Positions 38,084 through 46,869 of a stretch of 48,117 bases of DNA are shown here, one piece after another. The position numbers were made by a program, and so were the translations under genes. Within the stretch, counting starts at the first letter, position 1; each line of letters begins with the position of its first letter. The notes under the pieces were generated by a model. The model had not been told where the DNA came from. It did no database searches and saw only the letters and a list, made by a program, of their open reading frames with translations. The stretch lies in the NCBI GenBank assembly GCA_031409655.1, contig JANNXQ010000213.1:1-48117 (forward strand), in the 5' to 3' direction. The stretch comes from Chthoniobacteraceae bacterium. GTDB lineage: Bacteria > Verrucomicrobiota > Verrucomicrobiia > Chthoniobacterales > Chthoniobacteraceae.

Positions 38084-39997
38084 ATGGGGCACGCCTACAA
38101 AGCCGTCGGCTGGAACCGGCAGAAGAAGCTCTACGACTTCACGCTGCTCGGCCTCGTCCTGCTCGCCGCGAGTGTCTTCGGCACGATCACCGCGCTCCGG
38201 CATCCGGGCACGACGGCGGAGACTTTCATCATCCGCTTCACGTCGGTCGCGGCGTTTCTGCTGCTCCACGTCATTCTGGTTATCGGCCCGCTCGCGCGAC
38301 TCGATACGCGCTTCCTCCCGCTGCTCTACAACCGGCGCCATCTCGGCGTGACGATGGCGCTGCTCGCGCTCGTGCATGGCGTCTTCGCGATCATCCAGTT
38401 CCACGCGCTCGGCGACACGAACCCGCTGGTCAGCGTCTTCACCGCCTATGGCCGCGACTACGCCACGCCTTTCACCGACTTCCGCTCCATCTCGCAATTC
38501 CCGTTCGAGATCTTCGGCTTCGGCGCGCTCGTCATTCTCTTCGTCATGGCCGCGACGAGCCACGATTTCTGGCTGCGCAATCTCGGCCCATCCGTGTGGA
38601 AGGCGCTGCACCAGCTCGTGTATGTCGCCTATTCGCTGCTCCTCGCGCACGTGCTCTTCGGCGCCCTGCAATCCGAGCGCAGCCCGGTCTATCCGGTGCT
38701 GCTCGGGCTCGGCTTCGTGAGTATCGTTGGGCCGCATCTTCTCGCTGCGCGAAAAGAGCGGGCGTCGGATCGGCAGCGCACATCCGCGGAAGCGGATGGT
38801 TTCTTCGCCGTGGCGAAAGCGGACGAACTGCGCGAGGGCGAAGGCAAAGTCGTCGTCGCGGGCGGCCAGCGGCTTGCACTCTACGCCCAAGGTGGGCGCG
38901 TCTTCGCGCTCTCGAATGTCTGCCGGCATCAGGGTGGGCCGGTGGGTGAGGGGCGCATCGTCCACGGCTGCATCACCTGCCCCTGGCACGGCTTTCAATA
39001 CAAGGCCGAGGACGGGTGCAGTCCGCCGCCGTTCAACGAAGTGCTGCCGACTTATCCCGTGCGGATCGTTGGCGATGCGATCTTCCTTTCTCCGCAGGCT
39101 CTTCCGCTCGGAAGCAAATCGGACGGAGTGGAACTCAAGGAGCCGGGGCGTCCCGCCCCGAACGAACACGCTGGGGCCGGGACGGCCCCACTCCTTGAAC
39201 GGTCGTTCTTCATCGGCTGGCAATCGAAGCTGACGCCCGCCCTCTCGCGTTTCATTCGTAGAGCGACCATCGCCCTTGCCGCGCTCGTGCCCGTGGTCGT
39301 CGGGGCTGCGGTTTGGTTTCAGCATCCGGTGGATCGCGGGCGCTTCGAGTTTGGCGTCGAGAAGCAATTCGAGGGCGTGCTTTACGAGCGCCCGATCCCG
39401 CGGCTGCGCCTTGCGACCGCGGATGGAAAGCAGGTCGATCATGTGCTCGTCGGCGCTGGGAAATTTGGTCCGCCAGCCGTCATCGCGGGTGCGCACGGTA
39501 AGCGCGTGCGCTTCAGCGGCAGCCTCATCGTCCGCGAGCCGCTGCACCTGATCGAACTCAATCGCCCCGACACCTTCACGATCCTCGACCGCGACGCCAA
39601 ACCCGCCGCCGAGCCTGCCGTGTCGCCGCTCGGAGAAGGCCGCTTCGTCGGCGAACTCGTGGACACGAAATGTTATTCCGGCGTCATGCGCCCTGCGACG
39701 GGGAAGGTCCACCGCGCCTGCGCCATTCGCTGCCTGAGCGGCGGTGTCCCGCCCGGCCTGCTCGTGCGAGATCGCAACGGCGATGGCGTGGTCTTCCTCC
39801 TCGCCGGTCCCGGCGACGCGCCGCTGAGCTACGATGTGCAACTGGCCGGCACGCTCATTGAGGTGGAAGGCGCGCTGGAGTTGAACGGCGAGACGCCGGT
39901 GCTGCGCGCCGCGTCAATCCGCCCTCATCCATCGAACACGCGGCTGCGCGCGTTCTCTTTCCTTGAAGCAAAACAACCCAAACAAAACAAACCATGA
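38084..39997 (+). CDS. Ferric reductase-like (MsrQ-type) TM domain + Rieske [2Fe-2S] + extra C-terminal Cys domain
   Basis: RRHLG, WKALHQLVY; CRHQGGP..CPWHG; C-terminal DTKCY.G.M.P..GK.HRACA..C.SGG. Confidence 0.85.
   Translation: MGHAYKAVGWNRQKKLYDFTLLGLVLLAASVFGTITALRHPGTTAETFIIRFTSVAAFLLLHVILVIGPLARLDTRFLPLLYNRRHLGVTMALLALVHGVFAIIQFHALGDTNPLVSVFTAYGRDYATPFTDFRSISQFPFEIFGFGALVILFVMAATSHDFWLRNLGPSVWKALHQLVYVAYSLLLAHVLFGALQSERSPVYPVLLGLGFVSIVGPHLLAARKERASDRQRTSAEADGFFAVAKADELREGEGKVVVAGGQRLALYAQGGRVFALSNVCRHQGGPVGEGRIVHGCITCPWHGFQYKAEDGCSPPPFNEVLPTYPVRIVGDAIFLSPQALPLGSKSDGVELKEPGRPAPNEHAGAGTAPLLERSFFIGWQSKLTPALSRFIRRATIALAALVPVVVGAAVWFQHPVDRGRFEFGVEKQFEGVLYERPIPRLRLATADGKQVDHVLVGAGKFGPPAVIAGAHGKRVRFSGSLIVREPLHLIELNRPDTFTILDRDAKPAAEPAVSPLGEGRFVGELVDTKCYSGVMRPATGKVHRACAIRCLSGGVPPGLLVRDRNGDGVVFLLAGPGDAPLSYDVQLAGTLIEVEGALELNGETPVLRAASIRPHPSNTRLRAFSFLEAKQPKQNKP
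39136..39197. repeat. REP doublet, in-frame at the Rieske/C-terminal domain junction
   Basis: CAAGGAGCCGGGGCGTCCCGCCCCG...TGGGGCCGGGACGGCCCCA-CTCCTTG. Confidence 0.8.
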
Positions 39998-40446
39998 CGA
40001 CAAACTCGAATCCCACTGAATCCACACGCCGCGATACCCTCAAAGTGCTCGCTGCAGCCGCCATCGGCCTCGCCAGCGCCGCCACGTCGCGGGCGGCCGA
40101 GCATGCCTCCCACACCAGCAGCCATGCCGAGCACTGCGCCAGAGCCTGCGCCGCCTCGCTTATCGAATGCGCGAAACACATCCACCATTGCACGGAGCAT
40201 CTGGTCGCTGGAAAAAAGGAGTATGCGCGCTGCCTTGAACTCTGCGCCGCTTGCTCGCAGATCTGCGGCACGTGCGCCAGCGCGTGCTTCAGTCCACTCG
40301 CGAAGACGATGGCCGAGGCTTGTGCAAAGGCCTGCGAGGAGTGCGCCGCCGAGTGCGAAAAGTTCAAGGATGACGCGGCGATGATGCAGTGCGCGAAGAC
40401 CTGCCGCGACTGCGCCAAGGCGTGCCGCGAACTGGCGCGCATTTGA
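39994..40446 (+). CDS. Tat-exported Cys-rich four-helix bundle (Csp-like copper storage protein)
   Basis: TRRDTLK signal; repeated CxxxC/CxxC motifs. Confidence 0.85.
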   Translation: MTTNSNPTESTRRDTLKVLAAAAIGLASAATSRAAEHASHTSSHAEHCARACAASLIECAKHIHHCTEHLVAGKKEYARCLELCAACSQICGTCASACFSPLAKTMAEACAKACEECAAECEKFKDDAAMMQCAKTCRDCAKACRELARI

Positions 40447-40472
40447 AATAGGCGACAGGCACGCTGGTGCGC

Positions 40473-40506
40473 ACGCTCTCCCGGTCTCGGGAGAGCGTTG
40501 CTTTTT
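40473..40506 (+). terminator. Rho-independent terminator
   Basis: ACGCTCTCCCG-GTCT-CGGGAGAGCGT then TGCTTTTT. Confidence 0.7.
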
Positions 40507-40540
40507 CGCCCTGAACCGCCCGCGCGCTGCGAAATCGCGT

Positions 40541-40568
40541 GTAAGGAATCCCCGCCTCGCGCGACAAA
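40541..40568 (+). promoter_or_regulatory. Putative ECF promoter
   Basis: GTAAGGA-N14-CGACAAA, 7 nt before ATG 40576. Confidence 0.8.
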
Positions 40569-40575
40569 GGCGTGA

Positions 40576-41070
40576 ATGAATACTCCAACCTCACTCCAAT
40601 CCATCATCCACAGCATCGCGAAATTCGCATTCGCGATCACCCTCTTCCTCGGAATCGGTGATGCGGCGTTCGCGCAATCCAAGAACCTGATCAACGTCGA
40701 TCGCTCCGGCGTCGCCGTGCAAGGCTACGACCCCGTGGCTTTCTTCACCGATGGCAAACCGGTGAAGGGCAATCCGCAGTTCACGGGCAACCTGAAAGGC
40801 GCGACGTATTACTTCGCCTCCGCGGAACACAAGGCGGCGTTCGACAAAGAGCCGGCAAAATATGAGCCGCAGTTCGGCGGCTACTGCGCGTATGGCGTGA
40901 CCAAGGGCAAGACGGTCCCGATCGAAGTCGATGCCTTCCAGGTCGTAAACGGCCGGCTGCTGCTGCAATACGACAAGGGTATCCGCGACAAATTCAACAA
41001 GGACATCCAGGGCAATCTTAAACTCGCGGACAGCAAATGGCCTGGCCTCGTGACGTCGAAGGGCAAGTAG
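40576..41070 (+). CDS. YHS domain protein (secreted), paralog of 26130
   Basis: GYDPVAFF, YYFAS, KYEPQFGGYCAYG. Confidence 0.9.
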   Translation: MNTPTSLQSIIHSIAKFAFAITLFLGIGDAAFAQSKNLINVDRSGVAVQGYDPVAFFTDGKPVKGNPQFTGNLKGATYYFASAEHKAAFDKEPAKYEPQFGGYCAYGVTKGKTVPIEVDAFQVVNGRLLLQYDKGIRDKFNKDIQGNLKLADSKWPGLVTSKGK

Positions 41071-41088
41071 TGCTCGTGAAGCCCCGGC

Positions 41089-41116
41089 GTAAGGAATTCG
41101 CCCCAGTCCCGACGAA
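41089..41116 (+). promoter_or_regulatory. Putative ECF promoter
   Basis: GTAAGGA-N14-CGACGAA, 6 nt before ATG 41123. Confidence 0.8.
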
Positions 41117-41122
41117 TCGCCC

Positions 41123-41536
41123 ATGAACACCACCATGCAAGCCCTCAGCAAACCGGAGGTCATCGTGAGCTGGATCTGTCGCGTCGTCGCGGCGGTCATC
41201 CTGCTGCAGACGCTCTTCTTCAAATTCACCGGCGCGCCCGAGTCGGTCTATATCTTTACCCAAGTAGGGCTGGAGCCGTGGGGCCGCATCGGCTCCGGTG
41301 TCGCGGAACTCATCGCGGCGATCCTGCTTTTCGTGCCGGGGACGACGTGGCTCGGCGCGGGCCTGGCGCTTGGGGTCATGGGCGGGGCGATCATGAGCCA
41401 TCTCACCGTGCTCGGCATCGTGGTGAAGGATGACGGCGGGTTGCTCTTCGGCCTCGCGGTGGTCGTGGCCCTTTGTTCGTCCGTCGTGCTTTTCATTCAT
41501 CGCAAGGCGCTGCCCATCGTCGGAGGTTCGCTATGA
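41123..41536 (+). CDS. DoxX-like membrane protein
   Basis: QTLFFKFTGAPESVYIF, GRIGSGVAEL, GAIMSHL. Confidence 0.88.
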   Translation: MNTTMQALSKPEVIVSWICRVVAAVILLQTLFFKFTGAPESVYIFTQVGLEPWGRIGSGVAELIAAILLFVPGTTWLGAGLALGVMGGAIMSHLTVLGIVVKDDGGLLFGLAVVVALCSSVVLFIHRKALPIVGGSL

Positions 41537-43659
41537 ACGAGCAGACGATTCTTCGCGGCGTGACCGAAGTGCTCCGGCAGGGCGAAACGCTCCTGCACGC
41601 GCTTGATGACGCGGCTTACACGACGCGGATTCCCGGCGCCTTCAATGCCAGCATTGGGGGCCACTACCGGCATTGCCTGGATCACTTCCAGAGCCTGCTC
41701 GATGCGCTCGATGCCGATGAAGTGAACTACGACCATCGCCAGCGCGACCCGCGGATCGAGACGGAGCGCGACTTCGCCGCAAGTGAGACGCGCCGCATTT
41801 TCCAAGGTATCGAATCCATTCCCGATGAGTGGCTTCGTCGCCCGCTATTCGCGCGCTGCAAGGTCAGCTATGGCGATGAGGAAGCGCCGGTCATGCCTTC
41901 CACCATCGGTCGCGAGCTGATGTATGCCGTGGCGCACGCGATTCATCACTACGCGCTCATCGGCATAATGTGCGGGATGCAAGGTGTGCCGCTGCCGGCG
42001 GGCTTCGGCGTCGCGCCATCGACGCTCAAGCATCAGGCCGACGAAGCAAGGAGCGGGGCCGAAGCTGCCGGGCTTTTTGCGCTGACCTTTCTCTCGGAGG
42101 ATGCCGCGGTGCTGAGCGCGGCGGTCATGGTCGCGAGCGGGATGCTGCCGTGGGAACTCGGTTTCGCCGCGTGCTTCTTCGGCATCTGGCTCGGCGACCT
42201 GTGGCTCTACGGCATGGCGCGGGCGTTCGGTGCGCCGTTCGCGGCGCGCTTCGAGGTGGCTCCGGCGATGATGCGCAGCCAGGCTTGGTTTGCGAAACGC
42301 GGGGCGTTGGTCCTGGTGGTGAGCCGGTTCGTGCCGGGGCTGCGCCTGCCGAGCTATCTCGCCGCCGGGGCGATGCGGTTTCCGGTGAAGATGTTCACGC
42401 TGGTGACGGGCCTGGTCGCAGCGGTCTGGGTGGCGGCAATCTTTGTGGGCGGGCATTTCCTCGGCGTCGGGAAGATTCCATTTCTCCGCGATCACGCGAT
42501 CTGGCTGGCCGTCGGAGCAGTCGCCACGGCGGGCGCTTCGATGGCCTTGAAGTCGCTGCTCCGGCGCCCGGCGGCACGACAACAACTCGCCCGGTTTTCC
42601 CAATGGCTCGCGCCTATGCGCCGCTGGACGCAGTGGGAGTTTTGGCCGTCGTGGTTGTTCTATACGCCGGTCGGTTTCTTCTATGCGTGGCTCGGTCTGC
42701 GACATCGCAGCTTCACGCTGCCGACCGCGGCGAATCCGGGCATTCCGATGGGCGGTCTCGTCGGCGAATCGAAGTATGACACGTTGCGCCTCCTCCAGAA
42801 CACCTGTCCGAATGAAACCGCGCAGACTTGGTTGATTGAGCCGGCCAACGTCGATGCTCGCTTCGCCGAACTGCACAAGCTCGTCGAAAGCCAGGCCGTC
42901 GCACTGCCCTTCATCTTGAAGCCGGACGTCGGCCAGCGCGGCGTAGGCGTGAAGCTGATTCGTTCAATGGATGCTGCCCACGAATACCTCGCCGCCGTCA
43001 GCGTGCCGGTGCTCCTCCAGCGCTACGCGCCGGGGCCGCGCGAAGTCGGCGTCTTCTACTACCGCCTGCCCGATGAACCGACCGGCCACATCTTCGCGAT
43101 CACCGAGAAGATTTTCCCAGTCATCGAAGGCGATGGCGAACGCACGGTCGAGGAGCTGATTCTCGCCGATCCTCGGGCCGCGATCGTCGCACACACCTAT
43201 CTGCGACGCTTTGCCGATTTGCGCGACACCGTGCTCGCCCGCGGCGAGACGCTCAAGCTCGTCGAGGCCGGCAATCACGCGCAGGGCTGTATTTTCCAGG
43301 ACGGGATGCACCTCGCCACGCCGGAACTGCTGAAAGCGCTGGATCGCATCTCGCAGTCGGTGCCCGGCTTTTACATCGGCCGCTACGACATCCGCTACGC
43401 GACCGACGATGACCTGCGAGCCGGTCGCGGCCTCGCCATTCTGGAGTTGAACGGCGCGGGGGCCGAAGCCACGAGCATCTACGACGCGCGCAACACGCTG
43501 CTCTCCGCCTACCGCACGCTCTACCGCCAATGGGAACTCGTCTTCCGCATCGGCGCGCTTAACCGCACCCGCGGTGCGCGCCCCGCCTCCATCCCGACGC
43601 TCCTCCGTGAATGGCGGCGCACGTCCGCACTCATCGCGGACTATCCCCACGCCGACTGA
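41533..43659 (+). CDS. Fusion: DinB-like domain + DedA/VTT domain + ATP-grasp-like domain
   Basis: SIGGHYRH.LDHF, HAIHHYA (DinB); TFLSED, SRFVPGLR (DedA); WEFWP, ANPG, LKPDVGQRG.GV, GRYDIR, ELNG (ATP-grasp). Confidence 0.8.
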   Translation: MNEQTILRGVTEVLRQGETLLHALDDAAYTTRIPGAFNASIGGHYRHCLDHFQSLLDALDADEVNYDHRQRDPRIETERDFAASETRRIFQGIESIPDEWLRRPLFARCKVSYGDEEAPVMPSTIGRELMYAVAHAIHHYALIGIMCGMQGVPLPAGFGVAPSTLKHQADEARSGAEAAGLFALTFLSEDAAVLSAAVMVASGMLPWELGFAACFFGIWLGDLWLYGMARAFGAPFAARFEVAPAMMRSQAWFAKRGALVLVVSRFVPGLRLPSYLAAGAMRFPVKMFTLVTGLVAAVWVAAIFVGGHFLGVGKIPFLRDHAIWLAVGAVATAGASMALKSLLRRPAARQQLARFSQWLAPMRRWTQWEFWPSWLFYTPVGFFYAWLGLRHRSFTLPTAANPGIPMGGLVGESKYDTLRLLQNTCPNETAQTWLIEPANVDARFAELHKLVESQAVALPFILKPDVGQRGVGVKLIRSMDAAHEYLAAVSVPVLLQRYAPGPREVGVFYYRLPDEPTGHIFAITEKIFPVIEGDGERTVEELILADPRAAIVAHTYLRRFADLRDTVLARGETLKLVEAGNHAQGCIFQDGMHLATPELLKALDRISQSVPGFYIGRYDIRYATDDDLRAGRGLAILELNGAGAEATSIYDARNTLLSAYRTLYRQWELVFRIGALNRTRGARPASIPTLLREWRRTSALIADYPHAD
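42047..42060 (+). repeat. Half-REP scar at the DinB/DedA junction
   Basis: CAAGGAGCGGGGCC, identical to the start of the 33504 REP. Confidence 0.55.
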
Positions 43660-44531
43660 TGTGTTCTGTCTCCTTCCTTCCGCATGCGCGCGGCTTTTAC
43701 GTCGCGATGAACCGCGACGAATCGCTGCAGCGCCCAGCGGCTAATCCGCCCGCGCGCTTTACCCGAGTTGGACGCGTCGCGCTTTATCCCACGGAGCCCA
43801 CCGGTGGCTCGTGGGTGGGTGTGAATGATGCCGGCCTCACGCTCGCGTTGATCAACTGGTATGCGATTCCGCGCGAATCGGGCATCGGTCGCGTGAGCCG
43901 CGGCGTCGTCGTGCCGTCGCTGCTTGCCGCGACGAGTGTGGAGGAAGCGCGTGCCGCCATCGCCGCGCTGCCGAAACAAGACATGGCACCATTTCGTCTG
44001 CTCATCTTCGCGCCGCACGAACGAAAGACGTTCGAGTTTCGCTGGGATCAACACGCGCTCGACGAAGTGCCGCACGCGTGGGAGCCGCGGCACTGGTTTT
44101 CTTCCGGCTACGACGAGCCACGCGCCCAGCTCGAGCGCGGCCAGGTCGCCTGCGAAGCGTCGCGGGAAGCTCGCGCGGGCAGTCTGCCGTGGCTGCGCCG
44201 GCTGCACGGTTCGCACGAGCCGGCGCGCGGGCCGTTTTGCTTTTGCATGCACCGAAAAGACGCGGCGACGGTCAGCTATACCGAAGTCGTCGTCACCCAT
44301 CGGGCTGCCACGATGCGCTACCACGACGGCCCGCTCTGCATTGCGCCACATCCGAGCACGACGCACAAAATTTCCCTGCAAGCGGCATGTAAGGAATCCC
44401 TGCTGATCCCGACGAATCAGCAACCAGGAGACCACCATGAAAACCACGAATCCTCGCTTCAATCGTCTTGTCGCCCGCTACTACCCAGCGGTCTTTCACC
44501 TCGCGGCGACCTTCTCGAAATCGCCCACTGA
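43659..44531 (+). CDS. NRDE/TANGO2-like Ntn-hydrolase family protein
   Basis: MCSVSF start, NRDE, GGSW.GVN..G, SRG, TVS; C-terminus runs on over the next promoter and gene. Confidence 0.85.
   Translation: MCSVSFLPHARGFYVAMNRDESLQRPAANPPARFTRVGRVALYPTEPTGGSWVGVNDAGLTLALINWYAIPRESGIGRVSRGVVVPSLLAATSVEEARAAIAALPKQDMAPFRLLIFAPHERKTFEFRWDQHALDEVPHAWEPRHWFSSGYDEPRAQLERGQVACEASREARAGSLPWLRRLHGSHEPARGPFCFCMHRKDAATVSYTEVVVTHRAATMRYHDGPLCIAPHPSTTHKISLQAACKESLLIPTNQQPGDHHENHESSLQSSCRPLLPSGLSPRGDLLEIAH
44389..44416 (+). promoter_or_regulatory. Putative ECF promoter
   Basis: GTAAGGA-N14-CGACGAA. Confidence 0.8.
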
Positions 44532-44658
44532 AGCCGTCGCGCTCACCCACCGCACCTTCGAGCGCGCCGCCCGGCAACTCCCGCGCTTTCGCTCGGAGCA
44601 CGAGATCCCCTTTCTCCTCCTGACCTCGCTCAGCGCTGCCACGCCAAAGGCGGCGTAG
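44437..44658 (+). CDS. 73-aa protein resembling an isolated ECF sigma region 2
   Basis: SD AGGAG; F..LV.RY...VF.LA...EA..LT..TF..A.R.L..FR pattern; no region 4. Confidence 0.6.
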   Translation: MKTTNPRFNRLVARYYPAVFHLAATFSKSPTEAVALTHRTFERAARQLPRFRSEHEIPFLLLTSLSAATPKAA

Positions 44659-44747
44659 GCACCAGCACTCATCACGAGAATTTCACGTCGCCGCCGTCTA
44701 ACCGGCACGAGGTCCGAGAAAATCCTAACCTCACCGAACCCATCTCC

Positions 44748-45512
44748 ATGACGACTGCCAATTCGACGCAAACGATTCGCGTGCGCGGAACGCGAGCGAG
44801 CTACCGCCTCCGGCTCGCCACCACCCCGGAAGACCTGTGCGCCGCTCAACGGCTGCGCTTCGAGGTCTTCAATCTCGAACTCGGCGAAGGGCTCGCCGCC
44901 TCGCACGCGCTCGGGCGCGACGAAGATACCTACGACGCCTACTGCGACCACTTGCTTGTCGAGCAGGAAGACACCGGCGAAGTCGTCGGGACCTATCGCC
45001 TGCAGACCGGCCAACTCGCCGCCGCGCGTCTCGGCTACTACAGCGAACAGGAATTCGACTTCGCTCCTTACGAGTCGCTGCGTTGCGAACTGGTGGAACT
45101 CGGTCGCGCCTGCGTGCATCGCGACCACCGCCATCTCGGCGTCCTCGGCCTGCTCTGGCGCGGCATTGTAGCCTACGCCCTCGACCGCCGGGCGCGGTAT
45201 CTCATCGGCTGCAGCTCGCTCACTTCGCAGGACGCGGCGATCGGCGCGGCGACGCACGCCTATTTTGCGGACCAGGGATTCCTCGCTCATCCGCGACTGC
45301 GCACGGTGCCCACGCCGGCCTTCGCCTGCCCGCTCGACGTCATCGCAGTGACGTGCCCGCCGCCGCCAAAGCTGCTCCGCACTTACCTTTCGATTGGCGC
45401 GAAGATTTGCGGACCACCGGCGATCGACCGGGAGTTCGGCACCATCGACTTCCTGACCCTGCTCGATCTCCACACGTTGGCGGAAAGCGCGAAAGCCCAC
45501 TTCGGCGTTTGA
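44748..45512 (+). CDS. GNAT N-acyltransferase (OlsB/hemolysin-like)
   Basis: AQRLRFEVF, D.D.YD..CDHL, VGTYRL, ELGRACV, Y..GCSS, LLR.YL..GA...G.PA.D..F...D. Confidence 0.88.
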   Translation: MTTANSTQTIRVRGTRASYRLRLATTPEDLCAAQRLRFEVFNLELGEGLAASHALGRDEDTYDAYCDHLLVEQEDTGEVVGTYRLQTGQLAAARLGYYSEQEFDFAPYESLRCELVELGRACVHRDHRHLGVLGLLWRGIVAYALDRRARYLIGCSSLTSQDAAIGAATHAYFADQGFLAHPRLRTVPTPAFACPLDVIAVTCPPPPKLLRTYLSIGAKICGPPAIDREFGTIDFLTLLDLHTLAESAKAHFGV

Positions 45513-45516
45513 CCCC

Positions 45517-46350
45517 ATGACTGGTCACTCCACGGCCACGGCCACCGGCGCACTCGATCCCGCTAATCCGCGCCGAACAGCCGCAGCCTTCGGCCTCCTG
45601 CGATCCGCGATCCGCAGCGGCGGTTTCGCCCTGGTGCTCGCCCTCGCCGGCTTGGACTTCGCACGCGCTTTTTGCTTTTGCCGCCGCCACGAACCAAAGC
45701 GCTGGCGAGCGCTGTGGCTGCAACGCTGTAGCCGAATGATCTCACGGCTCATTGGGCTCGAATTGCACCACCGCGGCACGCCGCCGAGTTCCGGGATGAT
45801 CGTCAGCAATCATCTCAGCTACCTCGACATCCTCGCCTATGGCGCGCTCGTGCCGTGCGTCTTTGTCGCGAAGAAAGAGGTCGCGAACTGGCCGGTCTTC
45901 GGACTCTTCGCGCGAATGTCTGGCACCATCTTCGCAGACCGCACCCGGCGGACGGCAGTTGCATCTGCGAACCAGCGCATCACGGAAGCGTTGCAGGCTG
46001 GCATGGTCGTGGTGCTTTTCGCCGAAGGCACCAGCTCGGATGGCCAGACGGTGCTGCCCTTCCGCTCCTCCCTGCTCGAACCGGCGACCGTCTCCCAATG
46101 CCCGGTCACGCCCGCCGCCATCGGGTATCACCTGGACCAAGGCTCCGTGCCTGACGAGGTGTGCTACTGGCGCGACATGACCCTGCTGCCTCATTTGCTC
46201 AACCTATTTTCCAAACCCAGCATCCGCGCGCGCATCGCATTTGGAGTCTCGGAAGCTGAGACGCTTGCATCCTCTCGGAAAGAGGCAGCGCGGCAACTCC
46301 ACCGCAACGTTGCACATGCCTACGCGACGCTGGCGAAGCTGTGCCGGTAG
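45517..46350 (+). CDS. Lysophospholipid acyltransferase (PlsC/OlsA-like)
   Basis: SNHLSYLD, FVAK.EV..WP, FAEGTSSDG..VLPF. Confidence 0.9.
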   Translation: MTGHSTATATGALDPANPRRTAAAFGLLRSAIRSGGFALVLALAGLDFARAFCFCRRHEPKRWRALWLQRCSRMISRLIGLELHHRGTPPSSGMIVSNHLSYLDILAYGALVPCVFVAKKEVANWPVFGLFARMSGTIFADRTRRTAVASANQRITEALQAGMVVVLFAEGTSSDGQTVLPFRSSLLEPATVSQCPVTPAAIGYHLDQGSVPDEVCYWRDMTLLPHLLNLFSKPSIRARIAFGVSEAETLASSRKEAARQLHRNVAHAYATLAKLCR

Positions 46351-46721
46351 CGGCAAGATTCAGACTTGGGAAATAACTCGTCGTGCCGGATTGAAGTGCG
46401 CCCGCAATTGCGCATGGTGATGATCCCGAGCGAATGGGTTCGAGAAAGCTACGCTGCCCATCCCGAAATCAAGACGATCATTCACAGAACCGCGTCTCCA
46501 GCGGGCTTGCGCATGGTGTTGGACCAACGGAGACACAGCGTTGGGCATGGTGGCCCCGTTGGTGGCCCCGGCGAAAAAATCGTGTGCCGTTCCGTGCCGG
46601 GTTGTGCTGCACTTCCATCGCACGGAAAGCTTTCACCAAAGATGCTTTCCGGCTCATGGTGCCGCTCTGTGCCGGGGTGCGCCGCGCCCTGCCGAATGGT
46701 GCTGAAAGGGCCCTAGTCTTT

Positions 46722-46766
46722 ATGGGGTTCAAGAGGTCGTGGGTTCGAATCCCGCCAGCCCGACCA
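46722..46766 (+). repeat. att core, 3' half of tRNA-Pro(GGG), copy 2
   Basis: Identical to 14389-14433; preceded by GTGCCG repeats with ~10-bp period, as at 14259-14350. Confidence 0.9.
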
Positions 46767-46869
46767 CCTCCGTCTTTCCGCTGTGAATCGTGATCCGCAG
46801 ATGGTGGATTGTGGGGTCGAGCGCCCGACTCCATTCACCATTCACCGATCCCCATTTACGTTTCCCCCG

